Part shown: in pieces, positions 53,472 through 64,000 of the stretch | How positions within the stretch are numbered: the first letter of the stretch is position 1 | Layout: each line of letters begins with the position of its first letter | The notes under the pieces: model-generated | Database searches by the model: none | Seen by the model: only the letters and a program-made list of their open reading frames with translations | Told to the model about the DNA's origin: nothing | Made by a program: the position numbers and the translations under genes | Assembly: GCA_038496445.1 (NCBI GenBank) | Contig: JALMLS010000447.1 | Location: forward strand, 186,001-250,000 | Direction: 5' to 3' | Length of the DNA: 64,000 nucleotides | DNA from: Trichosphaerium sp. ATCC 40318 | Lineage: Eukaryota > Protista > Tubulinea

Positions 53472-55274
53472 ATGATAAAGCTGACCTTAGCACTTCTTTT
53501 TCTATGTATTTATACGAGCGAAAGCACGTGCTCAGTCGTTTCGAGGTGTTTTTGGGAAAATACGACCTACACGCTTCATAATGATACAGATAACGATTCA
53601 TGCGAAATGGGTATGTTATAATAAATGGGTAAATGACTTTTACTTACCAAAAGTTTTTTACGGATTTAGGCTACAATCCCCTCAAACTGGACAGTATTAT
53701 GGAAACATCAGTCATGACATTATTTCCCGTACGTCGCGTAACATCTTTTGAAGCGACTTGGATTTTTCTTCAAATCACGTGGTTTTTAAAAAGTTGTTTA
53801 GCCGTTACGTTTGAATATAACCAGTTCAAACAGTACTGCTTTTTTTTGGTATGACAACTCACTTGTAAGTCCCATGGCTATGTATAGAGCGTATCCTATA
53901 AGTTTCATTGATGATAGCAACTGTTCTACACTTGTAGGAGGCGTGAGTGCTTTTTTTTCTGTAGCGTGAGATAATGTTTTATTGATCGCTTTTACATAGT
54001 TCATTGCAAATACTTGCACCTCAGAACATTTTGTTTGTGAAGCACCTTCGGACACTGTCCCTTTTGTATCTACACCTTGTTTTAATCCAATACCAAGTGT
54101 GTGTGATTACAGGAGCTCTGTTTCAGGTATGTAGAAAATGAATCAAGAAATATTTTGTCTGATACAAAATTTCTTTAATTGATGTTTAGATTCTTGCTAC
54201 AATCCTGTTTCAACACGTCGTATATGGCCTCAAGCACAAGGTACATAACAAAAAAATTATCGCATTTATAAACAAATACAAGTTCTATTAGAAGCCAATT
54301 GAACAGTACAATAACTTTTACAATAGCGCATTGTTTACAACAAGGTGGATATCTTGTTACAACCACCAACGATGATGAGTTGGATTTTATTTCTGGTTTG
54401 ATACCACCAGGTGTACGAAACTGTACATGGATTGGATTGACAAGTGGATATAGAAACGATCACTTTGACTTTCAATGGGTACTCCCACAAACTATTAAGT
54501 CTTAAGGGTGCACGTGCCCCCTTAAATCACAAGTCAATTTAATCCAAAATACACTTAGGCAGTAACAAATGAACCACGTGATTTTGGTGATGTATTTAAG
54601 GAACACCCTTGGAGTCCAGTTGAGCCAAATGATCATACAATTGATGGCGGTATCAAAGAAAATTGTATTATTATGTGCAATAGTAGGCCAAGTATATGGG
54701 CTGATGTACATTGCTATCGGGGCGAGTTCTTTATTTGCGAGATTGAAATACCCAAGGGTATGCTGAGATAAGTGATTTGTCCGTCAGTAACTGGTTTTTT
54801 GTAGGGTCTTTTATACCTACTGATAGTGTAGTTGTAATAGACTCGGATCTTATTATTGATGGTAAGGTATTTCATGTTTACACTCACACTGATTCTTTTC
54901 AAGGTTTGGCACTGTTCAGCAACACAACACTTCAATTAAGAAAAACCAATACAATATTTAATGTGAGTTCATGTATCATTGGGGAGTTTAACATTGATAC
55001 AACATCTGTTGAGGTACCACACCTGAATTAATTGTCACGTGATCAAATTAATCGCTCAATGTATTTATAGGCAGCTTCAATACAGATATCACAACTAAAA
55101 GGATGTGACGAAGCTGATCCAATGGTTCTCTTGGGCAGAAATCAGTGTCTTGAGCAAACTAGATCATCTACATCACTGTTGAGCACTCTCAATGTAGCGG
55201 TTTTAAAATGTAACAGCCATAAGCTTACTCTGTGCGCTGCATTACTTCTCATCATAGCTTTTTTGGTATTTTAG
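53472..55274 (+). CDS. C-type lectin GPI-signal protein, paralog G
   Basis: MIKLTLALLFLCIYTSESTC; HCLQQGGYLVT; CTWIGL; PWSPVEPNDHTIDGGIKENCI...WADVHCYRGEFFICE; C-terminus CAALLLIIAFLVF*. Confidence 0.85.
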
Positions 55275-55813
55275 GAATAAAAAACTATTCTCAAAGAACC
55301 CATGTACAAGTTAGCAGAAATATGAACTGAGAATGTTCAGCTTGGAGGTTATGTGTCAATGAAAACTGATTAACAGTATCAACATCATCAGTGCAATAAA
55401 TGAGTTACAAAGAAAGAATGTGTAGCCATTGCAGTCACTCGAACAGCTGAACAAAATAGTACTAACAAAATTAAATTCCTCAGCTCTTCATCACATTAAA
55501 AGACAGTCGGCAGTTTAACCCTTGTTCCCCGTTGGTGTTGGCAAACAACACAATACACAAGTATAGTCTACTAAAACCAATAACATAATTATCTAGTCAA
55601 TGCAGTAGAAGATTGTGAGTCCCCCATAACATGTTCAAATTCAAAAAAAAAAAGCAGAAAAAAGAAGGAAAAAACTGATTACAATTCTACAACCTTATTT
55701 CTTCTTTATTACCAACTCCTCTTCATACAACATTCTAATATAACCCTATTTCTTTCAATAAGGGATACAAATACAAAATAAACCTTGTTCCGTAATAACA
55801 TAAAAAAACCAGA

Positions 55814-56587
55814 TTATCGCTTTCTCATAGGCTCTAATCTATCAAAAATATAACAGTTTGCCTCGGCTGCAACGATCTCTCTATCTTCATCTTTGCTATT
55901 CTTCTTACTATGATAACTTTCTACTAGTCTCTTAACCCTTAACGAGTCTGAAGAGTCGCTATAAGGCAATGATGATATCAACTCTTGTTCTGTTAGTTTA
56001 TCGACGTTTATCTTTTGTTCGACGCTGTTCTTCGTTATAAGTATCTGTTTGCCATCCTTGAACTTGGACATAGCTTGTTCTAAGAGCCTATTGATTGGGA
56101 GGAAAGGATATTCAAAAATAAACGTAAACATAGCACCGCGAGGGCCAAATGTTGTATTATGAAGGGGCATCATTGGATTTGCAGCGTTATGAAACGAATG
56201 GTTGTAAAAAGCTACAGAAGGCATTTCTTTTATCGGTAACACTTCCATTGCGCCCATTATACGCTGTACGTTCTTCGCTGATATCAAAGAATCATGATTT
56301 GGTTCTACGTCTCTGGTATCGTTTACAATATAGTTTGATATCTCGCAACCACTTTGGTAAAGCTCTTGAGACAATACTACGTCAGCTGAAGCGTTTCCAG
56401 ACCCTAAACTCAAAATGCGTAGCTTGTTCAGAGTCGTAGGCGGTGCGTTCCTGTTGATGTAATCAACTACAACTCCAGCATTACTCGATTTAAGCATGTC
56501 AGAACATGTGTTAATCGCTCGAACACCTATCGTTTTCTTACGCGCATAAGTTGTTTGTTGTGTGGCGAACCGCGTGGCTCTAAACAT
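55814..56587 (-). CDS. Intronless putative class I SAM-dependent methyltransferase-like protein, possible mitochondrial presequence
   Basis: 257-aa ATG ORF. Arg/Thr-rich acid-free N-terminus MFRATRFATQQTTYARKK. Motif I-like LRILSLGSGNASAD, motif II-like YIVND, and AFYNHSFHN. Confidence 0.5.
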   Translation of the reverse strand: MFRATRFATQQTTYARKKTIGVRAINTCSDMLKSSNAGVVVDYINRNAPPTTLNKLRILSLGSGNASADVVLSQELYQSGCEISNYIVNDTRDVEPNHDSLISAKNVQRIMGAMEVLPIKEMPSVAFYNHSFHNAANPMMPLHNTTFGPRGAMFTFIFEYPFLPINRLLEQAMSKFKDGKQILITKNSVEQKINVDKLTEQELISSLPYSDSSDSLRVKRLVESYHSKKNSKDEDREIVAAEANCYIFDRLEPMRKR

Positions 56588-56959
56588 TGTGCTCGAACAA
56601 AATGAATGACAGAACAGTTTTGACTACAGGACTAGAGTATTAACGCGCGTGTGGAACTCATGATACACTTTATAACTGTACACGGCTAAAGAAAAACCAC
56701 ATCAAATGGAAAAAGGAAATACAAGACAATCCTGACTGTAATTAATGTCTACGTAGCTATTACAACTGTTTTTTGCCAAAATAACACTGTTTAAATAAAA
56801 ATTGATGCGCTTTCGCGTAAGAACGATAGACATTGATTTCTGTTATACGTAAAAGCCAACTACACCACGCAATCTTTACTTCTATAAATGGGAATTATTG
56901 ACAAAGTCTGACTTTCTTTTTTGCTCGGCTTTCATTTTACTGAATTCGGAATCATAAGT

Positions 56960-59014
56960 ATGGCATCTCATAGAGCATCTGAAACCATAAATAAGCCACC
57001 GGAAGCAAAAAGAGTTCCTCCAGGCACGCTGATTTTTTTGTAGTAACAAAAGCGTGTAAGAGCGATCTAATTAACAAGTAAACTCTATACCTTTCGTATT
57101 TATAAGGTTTAAAACATTAAAAACATTATTAATGCTAATTGAGTAGATGAACTGTTAAAATGGACTCTCGTTACCCTACCAAATGAAATGGTGCTTGAAA
57201 TTTACTACCACCTTGATCTTTCCGATGTAAGCAGCATTGGAACTGCTAATAAGCATCTAAGAAGCATTGTACAAGGTCATAGGGCTGCTAAAGTGCGTTT
57301 GAAACATTTTCTGATAAACGCGACTTCCGTAATTCCAAAATACGCGTATCCATTCTACAATCAAACTATAACTAGTTGTATAGCGAAACAAAATAGTCAG
57401 AGTGTTAACAAATGTGCACCTCCGTTTTTCTGAATGAATCAAAGTTTTTTTTTCCGTTTTTTTACGATTCATTGTGCAGTTTTTGTTTGGTTTGAATTTC
57501 CATTCTGATGATTGTATTAGCAATGTTTGCATGTGTTTAATGTTGATATGATAGTACCCGATACAGGTATTACTGCTGGAATTATATTTAACTCCAAAGG
57601 ACACGTGCGTAATCGCTAGAGTTTTTTTATTTTTAGCTTTTTTTTTTCATAAGATCTTTTTTTGGCGTTTTATTTTTGCTATTTTCTACGTATGTCTTTG
57701 GATTTACTGAAAGGATGATACGAAAAAAATACCAAGTATTTTTAGGCTATTAATAAACTAAAAGCAAAACTCAAAGGCGCATGATCGCCGGTTTTAGGTT
57801 TAAATGTTCAGAATTTTTTTGGAAAAAATGTTATTCCTTCTTCTTACCCTCTTTCGTTTAGCTTATATTTACTGACTTTGGAAGACACAGTATATGTTCT
57901 TTTGATATGGATACACGCACTCTTAAAAAGCTTATACCCTGTGGAGATCAACCCGAAGAAGAAAATGAAGAAGACTTGAAACCACAAACTGGCGATTGTC
58001 CGTTAGAAAAAGCAAAAGTGAAAAGTCCTCATAGCCTAGCTCTTGACAAGCATGATAATATAATATTTTCAGATGCTTATAATCATGTGGTACGTAGAAT
58101 AAATGTAACATTAAATATTGTGGAGACATTGGCTGGACAGTCTGGATTGTTTGGATACACAAATGGTAGTAAGGCCAAAGCAACTTTTTATTATCCTTTC
58201 GGGATTGTCTATAATGATGATGGTACTATACTTGTTTGTGACGATTGGAATCATTGTGTAAGAATAGTAGAACCTTGTGGGGATGTTAAAACTCTTGGTA
58301 CGTCTTACATTCGAATAGAAACAAAAAAAAAAAATGCAAACAACTTTTTCCTATTTTTTTCTCATCAAAGTAATGCTCTTTTACTATCGAAAACAAGTAT
58401 TATACATCCTTTTTATATATCCTCAAATCTACAGGATATCCACAAACGTTTTATAAATAGTAAGCGTACAAGAAAACGAAACGTTTCGACGTGTTTTTTT
58501 TTTGTATATTTACTGCTTGGTCTGATTGTACTAATTGTTTTTCTCCTTTACAGTCGGATCTCCGGCTCATATGCAATATAAAGACGGACCTATTAAAGAA
58601 GCACATATGGTATATCCAGGTTATATATGTAAAAACGATAAAACAGGAGAGTTATACATTGCAAGTGAACATGGTATTAGAGTAATTAAAAAAAATATTG
58701 TTTCAACAATTTGGGCGCATGCTTCGAATGTACAGACGAATTATTTAAGAATATCTGGTATAGCTATTGATAGATATGGTGACTTATACTTTTCTCTTGC
58801 TGAGAGTAAGAGTGATGACAGGACAACCGAGATACATAAATCTGAAGGTATTTACAAAATATTTTTATCAATGGAAAAAAGACATGTTGTTAAGTTACGG
58901 TTAAATGTTGTTTTGGATAACATTTTTGCTTTAAAGTATTATAAAGGATCTATATATTTTAAAGGAACAACAAGAGCAAATGAGCAAAATATATACAAGA
59001 TGCAGTGTTTGTAA
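56960..59014 (+). CDS. F-box + NHL-repeat (beta-propeller) protein, multi-exon
   Basis: TLPNEMVLEIYYHLDLSDVSSIGTANKHLRSI (F-box), spliced via AGIIFNSKGH|LIFTDFGRHSIC to NHL repeats SPHSLALDKHDNIIFSDAYNHVVRRI and FYYPFGIVYNDDGTILVCDDWNHCVRIV. The first exon depends on a GC donor at 57024. Confidence 0.7.
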
Positions 59015-59382
59015 AAAGTGATGTTTTTCAAAAAAAAGAAAAGACTAATAAATCAACCCATATAACTTACTATTTGTATCTACGTGTATAGTTGACTCTA
59101 GCGCAATATTTTTTCAAGGAAGTGAACCTTTCAAGCGTGTGAATGCTGACCAAACTATGATGTGTGATGTCTCAATTTAGTATGGAACATAATAAATCAG
59201 TTAGCATATACACTTTTTCCGTTACTTTTGGTTTCGGCCAAAATTAGCACACGTAAGCTAAATTTGTTTATCGTAGCTCATGTTTCAGCACATCTGAAGA
59301 TTGTGTCGTCAACTGATCCAATAATTTAGAAACAGTCCTGGTTGCGATATTCAAGCAATCCATCTGAATTTGCTATTTCGCA

Positions 59383-59760
59383 GTGGCCCACATTATGCTG
59401 AAATGCGAACACAATGTAAACTCCTTAGATCACGAGGCTCAAGATTGGCTCAAATTGTCAAAAAATCCGTCACCACCAACACAATTTAGATACAATGCTA
59501 TATCTTATTCTTTAATAGACTTACCGAGAGGTATACATAAGTTGTACGGATGTACAAGCACGTGTGCTGGAGAAACTTTTATTTCAACAAACCAAGGTGT
59601 TTTCATTTATGTTGATGGAAAGAACACGCTAGGGAAGTTAAAGATACAAGTGGATGGTCATGTCGGAGCTATTTGGTTAAGTGAATGTATAATGTATGGT
59701 GTAGTGGAGAAGAATAACATTGATGGGAATAATGTAAGTTTATTTAAACTTGACTTGTAA
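59383..59760 (+). CDS. Uncharacterised ORF/exon, possibly beta-propeller fragment
   Basis: 125-aa open frame with beta-strand-like segments (TFISTNQGVFIYVDG). No ATG start. Its 5' flank is duplicated at about 62910-62980. Confidence 0.3.
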   Translation: MAHIMLKCEHNVNSLDHEAQDWLKLSKNPSPPTQFRYNAISYSLIDLPRGIHKLYGCTSTCAGETFISTNQGVFIYVDGKNTLGKLKIQVDGHVGAIWLSECIMYGVVEKNNIDGNNVSLFKLDL

Positions 59761-59792
59761 GTCTACAATCACTTGGGTTTTTTTTTTCAAAA

Positions 59793-62505
59793 TCACTTTA
59801 TTGCTTCTTGTCTTCTTTCCCACCATGACTTACGTGGTTCATCATGGCGAGATTTTTTACGCCACCAGTACTTGTTTTCTCCTTCTCCGCAGAAAGATTC
59901 AAAGTGGGTTCTGTGCAGTTCAGTGTACAAGTGTTTGAAAGCGTCCATCCTTACTTCCTGTGTTGTATTATTAATATGTTGTTTAGACACAAAATGTGAT
60001 TACATACTGGAATATAAGCAGCTGTACGATCGCAATTATACATAAACTGAGGTTGTGTTTGCGTGACGTGTAAATCAGCAAGCATAACAGCAGTGCCAAC
60101 ATCTTCAAAGTAATTTAATTTGGTCTTTTTTCTATTGGCTATTTTGTTCATAGTAAGTTTTACCTCAATGTTGAATCTAAGCAATGCTGATTTTGTACGC
60201 ACAAGCACCCAGTAGCTATTATACATATGTAATGCAAGATCATGTGATAAGATATAAGCTCCACCAATAGCGTACTGCAGAGGAAGATATTTTTGTGGTA
60301 CAATAGAAGTTGAATCGTTGTATATTGCTGTCCGCCCGTAGTACACTCGCCTCTTTGGGAAGTACTTTGAATACTCTAAAATTTTGTTGGGAAGGATCCA
60401 TGTGTCATCATCACCTTTGAAAGTGTTAGATCAGATTGTTGCTAGCAATTGTTTATAAATGTTGAATGTTCAATATGTGAATGTACATTTTAGGATGTAG
60501 TCAAAGTTGTAAGTCTCAATCGCGTATTTGATAAACAACATTGTCTTCATTGATAGGTCCTCGTATTTATCTTTCATTGGAAGTAGTTTAATGTCTCCAT
60601 ACGTATCGTTCTCTATCAATATTAGAGCCAAAACAAAAAATTAAAAAAATGGATTCCTCGAACAAGATAGTACCTCTTTTAAGTTCCTTCATGATATCAG
60701 GACCTTTATCATCAATAAGTCATAAAAGTGCTTTAAATTTAACAGGCGTATGTATATGTTTACCACCCATTATCCAATACGCTTCGTACTCCGTACCTCG
60801 TGTACCTTTAGGGAATCTAGGGACGATTTTTGTAAGCAGTTCACACTTTCAAAAAAATTCTAGCACACCTCAAAAACGTTATTTTTGGCCAAATTTTGGG
60901 TATGCTTCAGAGCACATTTGTGTCTACAATTTGGTAGCACCAGAACTTGCTGGTAATTAATAGTGTACTTCAATCAACTATTTCATTGAATCCAAAAACG
61001 AGTTTTTTCTGCCTGGGATCATATTCTTCTCCTCTAACACCACCATGTTTTGCAGGTAATTCTTGAACACCATAGTGATTAAGGATTACATTCTGTCGTT
61101 TCTTGCATTTTTTATCACTTTTAGTGTTCCACATAAAGCTATCATCACCCGTCTCTATACCTGATTGCTGTAAATTGGTCATTGTTTTGAACAATCATTC
61201 TAACCCACAGATACCTTTTTCAAATCTTTCCTTTTGACGGCAGGTGCTCAATAAACCATTGTCTACCTATAAGCAGTTATAGAGTATTTGATAATTTAGG
61301 TATCAAAACACGGAGACAACTTTTTCATAGAAGTTGATGAACATAATATTTAAATGAAAATGTCAAAATACTCACTCTTGCTTGGTATTTTATTGAATCA
61401 GAGGTCCATACAGCTTGCTGTAGTTATGTTTTACCACTACAGAAGTTTTAGAGACAGAACTTACTTTTTACATGGAGATAACTTCAGTACTTACCAAAAA
61501 CAGTTTCTTTGAAACTATGCTGCTACAATTGTTTAACTATTGCTGAAATTTATGCTGTATCATATACAGTGTATGGACTATACTTTCAAAGAGTACAGGA
61601 CCTTCAATAACTCATTTTATTTCATAAAATGTAAAACTGCTTGTGGTAAATGGAGTAGGAATATTGGAATTTACAGATTACGCAAGGCTGTACAGACTTG
61701 AAACCCTTCTTGACATATTTCAAATAGCTATTAAATGTATGTACACCATTTAAACGCTTGTACACGCTTGCCCTACATCGGTATTGGGGAACTCGATTTG
61801 ACTACAATATTAACACAGCAAACCAACGTTTTAAGCGTTTTCCGAGCGATAAATGTCGTTTAAAGGTACATTGTACATACACGTTCATATTGTGGTACCA
61901 TAAGCTTTATTTTAGCCCATAACGCATAAATTTATTTGCAAGAGCCATTTATGATGATTTCAGGCTCGAATCATCTGTTTATTCTCAATGAAGCTCGATT
62001 GAAGCTTTTTTAGCTATGTATTAAAAAAATACGCCAAAAAACATGTAAAAAAGTAAATAATTTATTTCACACTTAGAACATAACAATAGAGCCATTCGTT
62101 CTAGAGATACATTAACACACGCTAAAGCATTGATATAAGAGGTGTGAACCGCTTACAAAAATAGTCCCTACATCAAAACGTTAGCCCCTTAGAAAAAATC
62201 TATTTTTAGATGTACAAGTTCCACCACGTGTTTCTTACAGGTCTTCGTCTACGTATGTATTGTGGTGATGAAAACACTCCAAAAATTATTTTCCTGTGCG
62301 GTACCGATTTGTTTCTTAGTTTAGCAACGTGTGGAACTATTTTATCAACAAATTTTGGCATATCTGAGACTTTTGAGACTTCCGAGGGTTCCAGAAGGCT
62401 GTTTTGCTCGATTTGATTTTTCGGCTTTGTACTCATAATATTTACGAGAACCAAGATTAATATAACATTGTAGAATAAAAGCCAATACGATTTCCAGAGT
62501 ATCAT
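59793..62505 (-). CDS. GT31 beta-1,3-galactosyltransferase-family type II membrane protein, multi-exon
   Basis: N-terminal TM segment; IIFGVFSSPQYIRRRRPVRNTW; ENDTYGDIKLLPMKDKYEDLSMKT; FDYILK|GDDD (DxD); YAIGGAYILSHDLA; FEDV. First intron about 1.4 kb. Confidence 0.85.
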
Positions 62506-63405
62506 TTACATAACCTTACGCCAAGGAATCTTGACAATTTATGACCATGATACTGATTGTTGAAAGATTATCTGAGATGTATCTCGTTCTATCACTAAGG
62601 GCAATGACCTACAAGTGTTATGTGGTTATGACGGATCGGTCATAATAGCTTGTTGGTGTAACAACAGCTAGCGAGATGACTCAAGGAATAGATTTATTGA
62701 ATATTTGAAGTTTTCACGTGCTCAAATACTTTGTTATTACATCGCTATCTTGCGCTTGTGTGACGTCTAAGTTTTGTAACTCCATCTGTTGTTTCGCCAG
62801 TCTTTTTTTCGCTGACAGTGCTCTGCAATTCATTTAAAGTGCTTTCAGGGGAAAAATACAACTATTCTGTTACTGTTGGTATACTCTAACTTTTGAGTAG
62901 TCTCATATTGCGACATTCAAGCAGTCTATCTGCAGTTACTATTTCGTAGTGGCCCACATTATGCCGAAATGCGAACACAAGTAAAATCCTTGTCAATTCC
63001 TCCTTAAAAACAATACCGATTTATTGTTAGATGAGAGAAGTAAGAAAATTCTCCTTTACAACCAAATATAGCGCTATGTACTTAACATGTTAATACATGG
63101 TTTAGTTTCCATACCTAACCTTTGTACCCTTACAATGTTGTTGTATTCTATTGTTGCTATTTCCTTTCTTTGAATACATTCTACTTATGTTCGTGTTCTC
63201 ATGTGGCATCATCAATACTTGGAACATGTGAATTGTATTTGGATTCAAGAATATTGAATTATCTATTGCATTCTTTTATGTTGTTCCAAAGAACGACATG
63301 ACCTGTTGATGTCATTGCTCCAATTACAAACTCAATAGAGAATTTTTCTCTAAGCAGTTGAAGAAAAAGTAAAAAATGTGTCAGTGACACAGCAGTCAGC
63401 TACTC

Positions 63406-63600
63406 ACCTGAAACTGCCGTATGCGATAGGTTAAGGTTTGTATTTCAAGGGGAAGATCTAAACAGAGATGCACAAGAAGTACATTATATGCAATTATCAT
63501 AGGAAATATGTGCCTTGCTCTTTTCAGCAAAAAAGGAACTTTTAATGCCTTATTTAAGAGCAACAACACCTTTTTCTGTCAAATGAATGGGCCAGATCTG
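63406..63600 (-). pseudogene. Possible LRR gene relic
   Basis: Fragments LTEKGVVAL and IQTLNLSHTAVS, interrupted by a stop and frameshifts, resembling the LRR repeats at 42057-43193. Confidence 0.3.
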
Positions 63601-64000
63601 CTTAAACAGTAATGTACTTATCCCTGATATGAGGCATGCGCATGTCGAATACAATACATCATTTTTGGCTGTTTGGGATGTTGCATAAGTTAGAAAGAGG
63701 AAAAAAACTGTAAACATTTTTGGTAAAAGTGCACTACAACAAACGAAAAGCGGTTAGCTCGGTTTTATATCGCTAATCAAGATCAATAAGCTGAACTTGA
63801 CGTTTTTTGCGGAGCCACGACTAACGTTTTAGTGTGCACACTCAGGTTCGATGCACTACTACTCTTTACTTTCAAGGTATAAATGATGAACAAAAATAAC
63901 CTAGCTAGAAGATTTTCACATTTTACAATAACGTCATACCATAAAAACAGTAAAACGTATTTTTCTCACGGCTACAGGTTTATATTAGGCTCTCATACTT

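Noticed and set aside
20968-55274. Diversity-generating retroelement acting on the C-type lectin folds
   Set aside because: No reverse transcriptase or template repeat is visible. Differences among paralogs include indels and are not adenine-specific.
60700-60765. In-frame TGA in the GT31 gene suggesting a pseudogene
   Set aside because: It falls within a plausible short intron (gtaaac...ataaag) whose removal keeps the frame.
63750-63860. tRNA-like A/B boxes (tagctcggtt ... ggttcgat)
   Set aside because: No cloverleaf or acceptor stem could be folded.

Overview
AT-rich (about 35% GC by eye), intron-rich eukaryotic DNA with short GT-AG introns (donors often gtacgt/gtatgt). It is probably a protist, and the gene content fits Amoebozoa (inference). 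The supplied ORF track mostly shows exon fragments, so I rebuilt gene models by hand. Contents: (1) a giant minus-strand secreted protein of SdrD-B/Cna-B-like repeats (colossin-like, more than 13.7 kb, running off the left edge); (2) a Frizzled/Smoothened-like 7TM receptor; (3) an array of 7 apparently intact and 2 relic paralogous genes for signal peptide + C-type lectin + GPI-signal proteins, with hypervariable sugar-binding loops and mosaic (gene-conversion-like) tracts; (4) a complete Mutator (MULE) transposon with TIRs and a 9-bp TSD, sitting between two inverted lectin copies; (5) four F-box-like genes (F-box fused to SNF2 ATPase + SHOCT-like tail, to LRR, to MORN-variant repeats, and to NHL repeats); (6) Erf4/Golgin-A7-like, AlkB-like, methyltransferase-like and GT31 galactosyltransferase genes, and a MITE. 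The most unusual non-genic signal is the palindrome CACGTG: about 62 copies by manual count against about 6 expected, concentrated in introns, upstream regions and just after stop codons.
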